A stretch of DNA of 62,411 bases from Candidatus Thorarchaeota archaeon (GCA_048882385.1 JBHLRQ010000001.1:79340-141750), one strand, 5' to 3'. Shown: positions 38,088 to 48,246, counted from the stretch's first letter. Notes: a model not told the origin generated them from the letters alone. A program made the numbers and translations.

Positions 38088-39365
38088 TTATTCAGCAATC
38101 TTTGCAGTAATATTGGCTCCCTCTTCCATTGCGTCAACAAGCATACTCCCTTGTCGTGTCCTGATGCGAATTGAACTTTCTCCATTTCTTCCGACAACTG
38201 TAGTAAACAGATACAAGTCCCCCGCAAATATCTCGATTCTCTGCTTGGAATATTTTCTTCCAGTATAGATTGTGACCTTCTTCTTGCTATAACTTACCGA
38301 AACTGGCACAGTTTCTCCAGGGACGCCTCGATCCTTAGGTTCACGTCTTTCACCTCTCAGTGTGGGTGCAACTGTTCCTCTTACTGGCACAACAACTTTC
38401 TCTCCACCGAAAGTGAACATCTCATATTCCAACATGCCTCTTTCAAAATCACGTACTTCTACCACAGGTCGAGCAAGATCTCTCTGTGTACCACCCATAC
38501 CAGTAGGAAGTTTCACTTTTAGCGATAGAGACGAAACCTTGGACACAAGACCGTCTTCAATATGAACTATAGTATCAACAGTGCTTGGTACCTGTCCCAA
38601 TTCCACTCGTCCACCAAGCAATAATCTTTGAAGTGCATCAATAGCTGAACCTGCATGTACAACTCCTACCATTCCGACTCCTGCAGAGCGAAGGTCTGAA
38701 TAGGCTTGGAAATCTGAGTTCTTTCGAAGTTCATCATAGATGACAAAGTCTGGGCGAACAAGAAGTAGGATATCTGCAGCCTTCTCCATACTCCCGTCAA
38801 GAGGTGAATACTGCACGATTGCTTCTTCCACTTGGAGGTCTCTTGGTTGTTCGAGTGTCTTTACTACGTTTCCTTTACTTCCATAGAATTCAGCTAACGC
38901 AGCTGCAAATGTACTCTTACCAGAACCTGGAGACCCAGAAACTAAGATTCCCTCAGCTCGTGACTCAAGTCGTTTCATCAGTTTTGGACTTAGATTATAA
39001 TCATCAAGATTCAGCTTCACGATTGGACGGATTGCAGAAATCTCCATCTTGTCAGCAAAGGGGCGTCTAGCAATTGCAATTCTCAGATTCCTGAGTTGTA
39101 CAACTGCTGCACCGTGTTCTTCAATCTCTATGAATGAATTAGCATCATTTTCTGCAGTTTCCAGAATGGCCTCTGCAAGTACATCCAGTTCCTCATAGGT
39201 AAGAAGTCGATCTGAAAGTTCAACAAGCTCCCAATTCCCAGGTTCACCTCTTTTTGCACGAGGTGGATTGTTCTCTACAAGATGTACACTCATTGTATGT
39301 TCATCAAAAAACGCTTTGAGAGTCAGAAGTTCTTCACTGTCTTCATAATTCACCATTCTGTCCAC
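38088..39365 (-). CDS. PINA-family (PilT/VirB11-like) ATPase lacking the N-terminal PIN domain
   Basis: FFDEHTMSVHL, GSPGSGKSTFA, KTLEQPRDL, LLLVRPD...DELR, GVGMVGVVH, DLARPVVEVRDF. Confidence 0.85.
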   Translation of the reverse strand: MDRMVNYEDSEELLTLKAFFDEHTMSVHLVENNPPRAKRGEPGNWELVELSDRLLTYEELDVLAEAILETAENDANSFIEIEEHGAAVVQLRNLRIAIARRPFADKMEISAIRPIVKLNLDDYNLSPKLMKRLESRAEGILVSGSPGSGKSTFAAALAEFYGSKGNVVKTLEQPRDLQVEEAIVQYSPLDGSMEKAADILLLVRPDFVIYDELRKNSDFQAYSDLRSAGVGMVGVVHAGSAIDALQRLLLGGRVELGQVPSTVDTIVHIEDGLVSKVSSLSLKVKLPTGMGGTQRDLARPVVEVRDFERGMLEYEMFTFGGEKVVVPVRGTVAPTLRGERREPKDRGVPGETVPVSVSYSKKKVTIYTGRKYSKQRIEIFAGDLYLFTTVVGRNGESSIRIRTRQGSMLVDAMEEGANITAKIAE

Positions 39366-40044
39366 TTCCTAGGTTCTTTAATGTCGCTTGAGCAACTTGA
39401 TAGAAATTAACCTCTCCGTTCTGGTCCACAAGTGCGAATACGAGGTTCTTTCTAGAACCAGACGCTGTTTGTGTCACCATGTCCAAATCACTGAGAGAGA
39501 TAGGCACTCCTTCTTTTAGTACATATACTAGTTGGTCAGCACTTGAAGCACCTGGTCTGTCACCTCTTGCGTATACTCTGAACCCGATTCCACTCCCAAA
39601 GCCCTGCCGTACTGCATATCCTCTACTTCGTAAATCCCTGAATACTAGATAATGAGTCCAGAGGTCTGAATCATCGTCAAGTAGTTCTGTCACGATATGG
39701 TCTGAATCAACATCTTTTCCATCAGGTGTCTTAACAATCACTCTTTTCCGCTCGATAAGATGCAATAGTTCTATAGGCTCCAATTCAAGTCGGTTCCCGT
39801 CAATACGATTTCCGTAGAATCCTTGCTGTGATATTCTATCAGAGTCTTCACTTGTAACATACCCTTTTCCGTTCTCAAAAATTACATTTGCTGGTTCTTC
39901 TTCTATCACTTCATCATCTATTTCAGCATCTTCCGTGCTTTCGATTGAATCTTGGTCAGGAAACTCACCATCTTCATTAAACAACTGAATATCGCCTACT
40001 TGCCTAGCCTTGTCATTATTGTGAAAAACCCTTCGACCAGCCAC
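39343..40044 (-). CDS. endA: tRNA-splicing endonuclease subunit, probably structural
   Basis: YLVFRDLRSRGY, FRVY, RK.LVFALVD..G.V.FY; no obvious catalytic His. Confidence 0.85.
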   Translation of the reverse strand: MAGRRVFHNNDKARQVGDIQLFNEDGEFPDQDSIESTEDAEIDDEVIEEEPANVIFENGKGYVTSEDSDRISQQGFYGNRIDGNRLELEPIELLHLIERKRVIVKTPDGKDVDSDHIVTELLDDDSDLWTHYLVFRDLRSRGYAVRQGFGSGIGFRVYARGDRPGASSADQLVYVLKEGVPISLSDLDMVTQTASGSRKNLVFALVDQNGEVNFYQVAQATLKNLGSGQNGEL

Positions 40045-40079
40045 AAGAACTATAGCCAGTTCAAAATGAACACCATGAT

Positions 40080-40583
40080 GTGATACACATCGAAGAAGAA
40101 CTGAGAAACTTCATTGCTGGTGCTGAGAAGATAGCAGTTCTTGGAATTGGTAATGATCTGAGGACAGATGATGGACTTGGTCTATTCGTTATTGAACATC
40201 TCAAAATAGATGATCCTAGAATCATGATAGAAAATGTAGGATCTGTTCCTGAAGGCTTTGCTAAAAATCTAGCAAGCTTTGGAGCTGAGAGAGTAATCAT
40301 GGTTGATGCAGCTGACATGTTAAAGTCCCCAGGTCATGTTGAACTTATTACAAAGGACAGAATTGGTGGTATCGCTATCAGTACACATAGAATGCCTTTG
40401 TCATTTTTAATGACGTATCTTGAGCAAGAAACGGGTGGTAAGACTTTACTGATAGGAATCCAACCAAAGAGTGTACAGTTCGGTGAAAGACTGACTCCCG
40501 AGATACAGGAAGTCGTGGACAAGACGATCGTCAGTCTAGAAAAAGTACTGAAAGAACACCTGCGAGGAAAAATAGATGTTTAG
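40080..40583 (+). CDS. hycI: Hydrogenase maturation protease (HycI type)
   Basis: LGIGNDLRTDDGLG, VPE, VDAA, STH.MPL, IGIQP. Confidence 0.9.
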   Translation: MIHIEEELRNFIAGAEKIAVLGIGNDLRTDDGLGLFVIEHLKIDDPRIMIENVGSVPEGFAKNLASFGAERVIMVDAADMLKSPGHVELITKDRIGGIAISTHRMPLSFLMTYLEQETGGKTLLIGIQPKSVQFGERLTPEIQEVVDKTIVSLEKVLKEHLRGKIDV

Positions 40584-41625
40584 AACTATTGAATGGTTAG
40601 ATGACACATCAGAGGTCCGATTGGTGGACCAGACAAAACTTCCGTTGACTTTGGAACATGTCGTGACAAAGAGTCACGAACGCATTGCAAAATCAATCAA
40701 AATCATGGAAATCAGGGGTGCTCCTGCAATTGGAGCAGCAGCAGGAATGGGTATGGCGCTTGCTGCAATTGAGAGTAAAGCCCGAACAGTAGGAGACCTG
40801 ATGGAGTATCTTCAGAAGGCTGCTGACACCTTAAACACGCGACCAACTGCAGTCAATCTCACATGGGCCACAGCACGAATGTTGGACGTTGCAAAGACGA
40901 CCATCGAGTCAACTGGAAACATCGATGAGGTAGTTCAGAAACTAATTGACGAAGCAAAGGAAATTGCTGAAGAAGATGTCCGGATGAGCAGAAATATGGG
41001 TGAACAGGCACTCCAGCTCATAAAACCAGGTTATACGATTCAGACGATATGTAACGCTGGTTCACTGGCCACAGTCCACCTCGGTACTGTTGGTGCAGTT
41101 GTTAGAGTTGCTCATGAGAAGTATGGTGGTGACATCAAGGTCTACGCAGCTGAAACTAGACCAAGACAACAAGGTGCAAAACTAACCGTCTTCGAGTTTA
41201 TGGAGGACAACATCGATACGACTCTAATAACCGATGGAATGATTGGCACTGTATTTCGCGAAGGTCGAGTTGACTGCTGTGTGGTGGGTGCAGACAGGAT
41301 ACTCCGGACAGGTCATGTTATCAACAAGATTGGAACCTACACCATGGCAATCACTGCACGATACCACAAGATACCATTCTATTCTGTAGTTCCCATCTCA
41401 ACTATTGACATGGAAACCGACCCTGAGGATGTGGTCATTGAAGAGCGTGATCCTGACGAAATTCGCATCATCAATGGAGAATATGTAACAGTTCCTGATG
41501 CAAAGGTGTACAATCCTGCATTTGACATGACTCCTCCAGAGTTAATAGACGCGATAATAACTGACAGAGGTGTCGTCAAGAATCCTACGGAAGAAAAGAT
41601 GAGGAAACTTTTCGAACAGGACTAG
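40576..41625 (+). CDS. mtnA: Methylthioribose-1-phosphate isomerase (eIF2B-related family)
   Basis: DQTKLP, IRGAPAIG, RPTAVNL, CNAGSLAT, ETRP..QG, GADRI, NKIGTY, NPAFD.TP. Confidence 0.93.
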   Translation: MFRTIEWLDDTSEVRLVDQTKLPLTLEHVVTKSHERIAKSIKIMEIRGAPAIGAAAGMGMALAAIESKARTVGDLMEYLQKAADTLNTRPTAVNLTWATARMLDVAKTTIESTGNIDEVVQKLIDEAKEIAEEDVRMSRNMGEQALQLIKPGYTIQTICNAGSLATVHLGTVGAVVRVAHEKYGGDIKVYAAETRPRQQGAKLTVFEFMEDNIDTTLITDGMIGTVFREGRVDCCVVGADRILRTGHVINKIGTYTMAITARYHKIPFYSVVPISTIDMETDPEDVVIEERDPDEIRIINGEYVTVPDAKVYNPAFDMTPPELIDAIITDRGVVKNPTEEKMRKLFEQD

Positions 41626-41639
41626 CATAGGAGATCGCG

Positions 41640-42173
41640 ATGACAAATTACGTCTATATAGCAACGAGTCTTGATGGCTTTATCGCTACAGGCGACGGAG
41701 GTCTGGATTGGCTCAATGAGATTCCCAATTCAGAAAAAAGCGACTTTGGATACGCAGAATTCATGAGAGGCATAGATGCAATAGTGATGGGGCGAAAAAC
41801 CTTCGAAAAAATCCTGGCTTTTGATGCTTGGCCATATGATATTCCCGTCTATGTACTGAGTAAGAGAAGAATTAGCATACCAGATGAGTTAGATGATAAA
41901 GTCGAAATCATCACTGGGAACCCAAAGAAAGTAGTTGATCAACTAAACGAATTGGGACATCAGAACCTGTACATCGATGGTGGCATAACGATTCAAGGTT
42001 TTCTTGAGGAAGATCTAGTAGACAAGATGATAATCACAAGAGTCCCGGTTCTCCTTGGAGAAGGTATTCCCCTTTTTGGCAAACTCACCCAGAGGTTGTA
42101 TTTCAAACATGAGAAGACTGAATTTCTTAATGAGATTCTATCAAAAAGCTATTACACACGAATCAGGAAGTGA
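41640..42173 (+). CDS. Dihydrofolate reductase / RibD C-terminal family protein
   Basis: YIATSLDGFIA, MGRKTFE, YIDGG, PVLLGEGIPLF. Confidence 0.9.
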   Translation: MTNYVYIATSLDGFIATGDGGLDWLNEIPNSEKSDFGYAEFMRGIDAIVMGRKTFEKILAFDAWPYDIPVYVLSKRRISIPDELDDKVEIITGNPKKVVDQLNELGHQNLYIDGGITIQGFLEEDLVDKMIITRVPVLLGEGIPLFGKLTQRLYFKHEKTEFLNEILSKSYYTRIRK

Positions 42174-42270
42174 GTATAGCTAATAGATTGCGGGCTCATC
42201 TAAGAGAATTTATCAAAATGAAAGCTAGCATCATGGAAGGCCTTAAGAGTGAAAACGTCGTCAGGCGGCC

Positions 42271-42345
42271 GGGCACGTAGTCTAGTATGGATAGGGCGCT
42301 TGCCTTCGGAGCAAGATGTCGCAGGTTCGAATCCTGCCGTGCCCG
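42271..42345 (+). tRNA. tRNA-Arg(TCG), intronless, CCA not encoded
   Basis: GGGCACG/CGTGCCC-G; CTTGC-CT-TCG-GA-GCAAG; followed by CTA. Confidence 0.93.
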
Positions 42346-42352
42346 CTACTCG

Positions 42353-42583
42353 TTAATTATTTTCTAATAAATCACCAAAGACAGCTAGAAAACCGATGAG
42401 GAACAAAAGCCCCAATGGGGCGGAGATAATCAGAAAACCCATTGGATCAATCACCCAGATTGGTTCACCGATACCAAGCTCAGGATGTATGTCTATCACA
42501 TACCAAAATAGAAATGAAGTAGCCAAGCGCCATACAATAATACTACTTACCATTAACAATAGTCCTTTATGCCACTGTTTCAA
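42353..42583 (-). CDS. Small membrane protein
   Basis: Two hydrophobic segments. Confidence 0.55.
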   Translation of the reverse strand: MKQWHKGLLLMVSSIIVWRLATSFLFWYVIDIHPELGIGEPIWVIDPMGFLIISAPLGLLFLIGFLAVFGDLLENN

Positions 42584-42912
42584 GCAGACAAACCCAATAA
42601 TACTTTGAAAATCTCAATACTAAACCTATTGTATAAGCATCCAAATGTACTATTGAAATCTTGATTTTTGTATTGTGACTCAACAATATTGGACTCTAAA
42701 AATCCCAAAGATCTTTTGCTTGAATGAATATTCCTGATTTAGATTAAGACCAAGCTTTCGTTCCAAAATATGAGATGTCAACAACTCTGACTGCAGAGAA
42801 ACCAGTTTGTTTTGTAGATTCGAGAATTTTATCAATGATCTAATCATATAAAACCCATAAGATTATAAAGAAATTAACAATAGTTAATATCAAGGATGCT
42901 GGTGGTGACAAA

Positions 42913-43362
42913 ATGAAGAGATACAAATATGCTGTGTTTTTAGGAATAGTGGGCCTATTTCTAACACTAATGGTACCAACAGCGGCAGCGGCACGTGCAA
43001 CGCGAGCCGAAGAAGCATTACTAGCTGATGGCACCGCCTGGGACACTATACTAACATCAGCCACATTCAAACCCCCGAATAACTTGAAATCGGTTGATAA
43101 ATTATTCGTGTTTACCAACCTTGGTGGGCAAAGACCTGTAGCTGAAGCAGCTCCCTATGAGAAAGACTACAATGGTGGTCGCTGGTGGGTTCATGAAGTG
43201 ACATTTACTGAACTAGGTCTATCAGTTCATGATCCCGATGGTGATGGTATAGCAAACTTTGAATTAACTAGTGATGATGCTGTTCTTCATCATATGATGT
43301 TAGGACATTTGACAATCACGCCAACTGAAACATTCTTTGAGTGTCCACTTCTACGCGCATAG
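42913..43362 (+). CDS. Secreted hypothetical protein
   Basis: Signal peptide MKRYK + hydrophobic + AAA; SD GGTGG; YNGGRW and FECPL motifs. Confidence 0.8.
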   Translation: MKRYKYAVFLGIVGLFLTLMVPTAAAARATRAEEALLADGTAWDTILTSATFKPPNNLKSVDKLFVFTNLGGQRPVAEAAPYEKDYNGGRWWVHEVTFTELGLSVHDPDGDGIANFELTSDDAVLHHMMLGHLTITPTETFFECPLLRA

Positions 43363-43407
43363 GGTTTAGTAAGGGTTTATTTCCTACTAAACCCCTCCCC
43401 CTTTTTT
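43361..43407 (+). terminator. Hairpin plus pyrimidine/T-tract terminator
   Basis: GGGTTTAGTAAG...CCTACTAAACCC followed by TCCCCCTTTTTT. Confidence 0.7.
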
Positions 43408-43461
43408 CCACACACACAAATTATAACATCTTGATAAGTACTGAATCTATTGCATCAAAGA

Positions 43462-43680
43462 CTACTTCTTTCCGAGCTTCTGATTCCAGACATCCAGAAA
43501 GTACTCAAGAGACCTATCATAGGTTCTTTCTGCTTCAGGAGGGAACAAACAACCTGGTAGTTCTTTATGTTTCCAATGATAACGCAAACAATCACAACAG
43601 TAGCCCTGCCTAGAGCATCCTGGATATGTGCATCCACATCCTTCCCTGTTTTTTTCCACATTACAAATTCTACCGGTCAT
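43462..43680 (-). CDS. Small Cys-rich protein (DUF6485-like)
   Basis: C.CTYPGCSR.G.CCDCLRYH....ELPGC.FP..AE.TYDRS. Confidence 0.85.
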   Translation of the reverse strand: MTGRICNVEKNREGCGCTYPGCSRQGYCCDCLRYHWKHKELPGCLFPPEAERTYDRSLEYFLDVWNQKLGKK

Positions 43681-43762
43681 ATCGTAAGAATTTTAGCTTG
43701 AGGCGTTAAAACATGATTGGTCCGGTCGGTATCCTAATAGCAATGAAATGTGGTCAATAGTA

Positions 43763-45904
43763 CTATAAACCCCTCAACAAATCATCAATTTTCTCAAGTG
43801 CATTCTCCGGATCTATTATTTCTCCTTTTTCAGTTACTTTTGGATAGTATTTGCAGTAGAGTTCAAGAGATTTTCCAAGAATCATGACAATGATATCTTC
43901 TCGGGACGGTGTTTCGCCTTCTCTCTCCAGATGTTTGACCATCAAAGATACTGATTGGCTTATTGAGTTCCTAATTGCTCTCCATGATTTCGGAGAAGCC
44001 TCTACTTCCCTACGCTTTCGGCAGACAAGAATCATATCATAGACTATGTTCTCCAAATCATGAAGATGTGTTGAGGCTTTCATCTCACTTCTGACTGGGT
44101 ACGTAGTCACAATAAAAAATCCTGAATCTATAATAGTCCGAAGTAGTGCCGCCCAAGCTTCTTTCTTTTTGTGATGAAAAGTAAAAACCATGATTCCTTC
44201 ATCTGACAGAATCCGATAGCTCTCGGTGAATACTTTGGTCAGACCTGATACAAACTCTTCCTTTCCCTTTCCTTGATACCGATTCTTGATAACTTCTCTT
44301 TCGTGTGGAACAAACTTGGCTTCAAAAAAGCTGTATCGAGCCTTCAGCGCAATCCTCAACCATACGTAGAAGAAGTTCGAGAGTTCTGAGTACATCACAT
44401 TTCCATAGTAGGGTGGATCAGTAACAACAGCATCTGCAACTTTATCTGGAACATCTATTTTCTCTGACGACCCACATTTCAAAAGGACATCAGCATTTTT
44501 CATCAGTTTTTGAAACGTTTTTGCAATTTTTCTTGGTTTTTGCTTTCCAAGTGATATCTTTTGCATTGATGTTCCATCATGTACTCTTTCAAAGGGAGTT
44601 CTAGAGTATTCTTTTCCTTCAATCACCAGGTTGACAAATGCTGTGAAAGCACCTCTTCCCTTTGAAGTGTCATAGCAGTTTGCTTCAACCGGGGACATCG
44701 ATGGTGAAAATGAGTGCGTTCGAAAGATATCAGTGATAAAACCCCTTGTTGCATTGTACTTTGCAAACATGTTATTGTATTTGAGACTGTTTGAGAATGC
44801 CAAAAGAAGGAACTCTTTGATGTTCCAATCATCCACCCTCAATATCCAACGATAGATCTTTCCCAGATTCAAAAGCTGTCTTTGACTGAACATGTCACTG
44901 AATCTCTCATACCCATGATTCAAAGCACGCTTAGTTTCCACTCCCAATGGAATCTCAGAGTCGGGAATAGGTAATTCTCTACAAATTTTCTCATATTCCC
45001 TACACGCTTGATCCAGTATTTTTTGGTCCTTTTCATCTACTGCCTTGTAACCTCTCCCCTTTGCTAATCGTGAGTTTCCAGAAATATCGCAATCCTTGCA
45101 ATAGAACTCGATTGCATACATTTTCTCTTGAAATCTACCCGATCTTTGAACAGAGTGAACTATCTTGTTTCTGTGGCCGCATTTGGAATCTGTGCACACG
45201 TATCTTCGACCTTTGGAAAATGAAACCTCTGTAGGGATGAAATCATGGCCACATTTCTTACATTTTGACGATTTTCGAGCGTTCTTTGCTCGAAAAACAT
45301 CCCAACACTGTGGGCAAACCACATAGTCACCCTTTTCTCCTGGACTCTTTGCCAGGAAGAAATTGCGCATTAAGGGTATTTCTTTTGCGCATTTTGAGCA
45401 TACTCCAACTTTGTAATAGAAATAGTATATGGCTTCAGCAGGACTACTGCACTCTGGGCATGAAGTTTGATAATACTGACGCAGTTCAGGTCCAAGATCT
45501 CTCTCCAGCTCAGCAAGTGAGTTTCGAAGAAGGTCCGGGTCAATATCCTCAATCTGCTTCTTCACGATGAACCAAGAAACCGGGTTTATGTCTCCACCAA
45601 TTACTTTGCATCCAAGTTTTAGCGCTTCAATGACAGTTGTTCCTCCACCCATCATAGGGTCTAAAACAATCTTTCCTCCCAAATCCACATTTTTCGAATA
45701 TTGTTTCCAGAGAATACTTGGATGTGTGTTATCAGAAAGAGAGTAAAGTAGAATTGATCTGAACACTGAACCCAGTCGTCGCGCCCACCATTTATGCATG
45801 ACATAGACTGGTCTATAGTGTCTTCTTCCAAAACCAGTTGATTCCTTCTCAGCAATTTTGTTTACCTGTGAAACTGGGAATGTAGCCTCAATCGGACGCT
45901 TCAG
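43763..45904 (-). CDS. Amino-DNA methyltransferase with Zn ribbons (DUF1156/COG1743-like)
   Basis: HKWWARR, LDPMMGGGTT, several CxxC, TDPPYY; frame stays open 35 codons upstream of ATG 45799 to a CTG behind SD GGAGGT. Confidence 0.9.
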   Translation of the reverse strand: MKRPIEATFPVSQVNKIAEKESTGFGRRHYRPVYVMHKWWARRLGSVFRSILLYSLSDNTHPSILWKQYSKNVDLGGKIVLDPMMGGGTTVIEALKLGCKVIGGDINPVSWFIVKKQIEDIDPDLLRNSLAELERDLGPELRQYYQTSCPECSSPAEAIYYFYYKVGVCSKCAKEIPLMRNFFLAKSPGEKGDYVVCPQCWDVFRAKNARKSSKCKKCGHDFIPTEVSFSKGRRYVCTDSKCGHRNKIVHSVQRSGRFQEKMYAIEFYCKDCDISGNSRLAKGRGYKAVDEKDQKILDQACREYEKICRELPIPDSEIPLGVETKRALNHGYERFSDMFSQRQLLNLGKIYRWILRVDDWNIKEFLLLAFSNSLKYNNMFAKYNATRGFITDIFRTHSFSPSMSPVEANCYDTSKGRGAFTAFVNLVIEGKEYSRTPFERVHDGTSMQKISLGKQKPRKIAKTFQKLMKNADVLLKCGSSEKIDVPDKVADAVVTDPPYYGNVMYSELSNFFYVWLRIALKARYSFFEAKFVPHEREVIKNRYQGKGKEEFVSGLTKVFTESYRILSDEGIMVFTFHHKKKEAWAALLRTIIDSGFFIVTTYPVRSEMKASTHLHDLENIVYDMILVCRKRREVEASPKSWRAIRNSISQSVSLMVKHLEREGETPSREDIIVMILGKSLELYCKYYPKVTEKGEIIDPENALEKIDDLLRGL

Positions 45905-46108
45905 TGGAGTAAAACCTCCAATGGTACCAGATGTAATACAGCCCTTTCAACATTACTGAGTAAATTTCTTTTCCATGAAGAATCTTAGAACTGTATAACC
46001 AAGGGATTAAGAGCTTAGAGCTCACCTTTTCACACTACAGATATCAACAAAACAAATAGGAACACTGAGTAATCCTTTTATTGTTTCCAGAGATGCAATC
46101 GACTCGCA

Positions 46109-46185
46109 CGGGACGTAGCTCAATCTGGCAGAGCAATGGACTGTAGATCCATCGGTTGCCGGTTCAAATCCGGCCGTCCCGACCA
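46109..46185 (+). tRNA. tRNA-Tyr(GTA), intronless
   Basis: C1:G72 acceptor CGGGACG/CGTCCCG-ACCA; ATGGA-CT-GTA-GA-TCCAT. Confidence 0.95.
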
Positions 46186-46199
46186 ATCTCATTTTTCCA

Positions 46200-48041
46200 A
46201 TGTCTACTTTCAAACACAAACAACCTCTTATCAAAGATACGCGAGTAAACACCAGATTCTCTCAGAGGATGTTGGTTGTGGAGGAAAGAGAAGGCATCAT
46301 CATTGCATCGATTTTAGTCATACTTCTCTTGACTGGGACAGTTGTCATCAACATTCTACAAGACACTGATTTGAATGATGAAGATAATTCAGATGATAAT
46401 CCAATACCATCTCCGCCACCAGACACCTCTCAACCTCCTATCTTGATTGATTCAAATGATGATTTTTCATCTCGAGGATATCCTGGAAGCGGAACTGAGA
46501 ATGACCCATATGTAATTTCAAATCTCATAATTACAAACGGCTCATGCATCAAAATTCAATATGTGGATGTCTTCTTCATAATCCGCAATTGTTCTTTCCT
46601 TTACTCTCCACTTCACGGAACTTGTACATACGGTGTTTACTTCTCCAATGTTGTTTCCGGAACAATCGAATCCTGTACATTTGTATCAGCGGGACGTTTC
46701 AGCAACATCGCTATGTATGGTTCTACTAACTGTTCTATCAACAACAACCAAATAGTTGGTAAATACATAGTTCTGAGTGGAGTTTACAATTGCATTGTCG
46801 CGAACAACACCTTAGTAGGAACTGGAATTAGAATATCCAAATCAAAGAATTGTAGCTTCATAAACAACAAATTCACTGATTCAGGTTTTGACATCTATGG
46901 TGAAAACAAAACCTATTGGAAACACAGATTCCTTAACAACACTATTGATGGGAAAGAAGTCGCTTATTTTGAGAATCAGTACAATCAGATCATAGATTTG
47001 ACCAACCATTCTCAGGTATTTGCGATGTCTTGTTCAAATCTGACGCTCGACAACGCAAATCTTACCAACCTTTCAACGCCAATCAACGTGGCATTCAGTT
47101 CAAACTGTATAATAGAGAATGCTGTGATCTCGAAGGTGAATGATGGAGTACTGGTCGTTAATTCAAACAACATAGTAATCAAAAACAGTATCATAAGAGA
47201 TTCTTCATGGTCCGGCATTCGTTTTCGTGACTCAGCATATTGCAGCTCGGTTTCAAATATGATAGTTTCATCAACGGAGTCTATCGTAATTTATTCATCT
47301 CAGTACACAACAGTTCAGTCTTGTGTCATAGCTGATGGTGAGTGGGGTGCCTTTGTTTGGTACTCTGAGGACTGTTTGTTTGATAACAACACTATATCAG
47401 GCAGTCTTGAATCTGGGATAATGGTCTACCACTCTCCAAGATGTCAAATCATTGAAAATAATCTATACAACAATAATGACGGTATTCATGTTACATCTTC
47501 AAATTCATACACAATCTTGAACACTAATTGTTCAAACAATAAAGACTCTGGATTGGACATCTTTCTTTCTGACTCAGGCACTATAAACAACAGTATCTTT
47601 CTATACAATCATCATTATGGAATTCAAGTAGACACCTCAGACTACACTGTTATTCATAACAACACAGTTCAACAAAATGATAGAGATGGAATCGAACTAA
47701 CAGGTGTGACTTTTACCACGGTAGTTGGCAACAATATCTCACACAATACAGGTTCTGGATTATATGCTCTCTACTCCGCTGATTGTTTTGTGCTCAATAA
47801 TACTGTTTACCACAATGAGGATTATGGGATAAAACTTGATGATCTGTGTTCAGGATTTGCCTCATATTACAACAGAAACGGCTGGAATACTGTATTCAAT
47901 GCTTTTGATAATGGCACCGGTAATTCATGGGATGATGGTGCAAGTTTAGGCAATTTTTGGAGTGATTATTCTGGTGCTGGAGTATATCTGATTGCAGGAA
48001 CTGCTGGTAGTATAGACCAATTTCCAGCACTACTTTCATGA
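46200..48041 (+). CDS. Membrane-anchored right-handed beta-helix (NosD/CASH-repeat) surface protein
   Basis: TM anchor, G.GT..DPYVI, repeated N.I..N..GI, GNFWSDY; true start probably downstream of 46200. Confidence 0.85.
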   Translation: MSTFKHKQPLIKDTRVNTRFSQRMLVVEEREGIIIASILVILLLTGTVVINILQDTDLNDEDNSDDNPIPSPPPDTSQPPILIDSNDDFSSRGYPGSGTENDPYVISNLIITNGSCIKIQYVDVFFIIRNCSFLYSPLHGTCTYGVYFSNVVSGTIESCTFVSAGRFSNIAMYGSTNCSINNNQIVGKYIVLSGVYNCIVANNTLVGTGIRISKSKNCSFINNKFTDSGFDIYGENKTYWKHRFLNNTIDGKEVAYFENQYNQIIDLTNHSQVFAMSCSNLTLDNANLTNLSTPINVAFSSNCIIENAVISKVNDGVLVVNSNNIVIKNSIIRDSSWSGIRFRDSAYCSSVSNMIVSSTESIVIYSSQYTTVQSCVIADGEWGAFVWYSEDCLFDNNTISGSLESGIMVYHSPRCQIIENNLYNNNDGIHVTSSNSYTILNTNCSNNKDSGLDIFLSDSGTINNSIFLYNHHYGIQVDTSDYTVIHNNTVQQNDRDGIELTGVTFTTVVGNNISHNTGSGLYALYSADCFVLNNTVYHNEDYGIKLDDLCSGFASYYNRNGWNTVFNAFDNGTGNSWDDGASLGNFWSDYSGAGVYLIAGTAGSIDQFPALLS

Positions 48042-48069
48042 AGTCGAGCGCTTATCATCTCCTAATCAG

Positions 48070-48113
48070 TGTAAATCCATCGGTTGCCGGTTCAAATCCG
48101 GCCGTCCCGACCA
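48070..48113 (+). repeat. att-like copy 1 of tRNA-Tyr 3' half
   Basis: 43/44 identical to 46142-46185; 48075-48113 exact. Confidence 0.95.
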
Positions 48114-48246
48114 CTTATTCTTAAGCTCATAAAGGGCTAGTGTTCAATGAAAGATAGGATTTTTTCGGCAAATGTCGATTTTCGTAAATCTAATAAAACC
48201 ATTCTCCAATGATAGAGCGGAAGATACTATTCAATAGAATAACAAG

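Larger units (their letters stand above)
46186..48113. mobile_element. tRNA-Tyr-anchored islet 1 (no integrase)
   Basis: Bounded by tRNA-Tyr and a 39-bp exact copy of its 3' end. Confidence 0.7.

Noticed and set aside
46022-46369. ORFs overlapping tRNA-Tyr (likewise 31166-31366 and 33441-33833 over other tRNAs)
   Set aside because: Spurious translations across tRNA genes.
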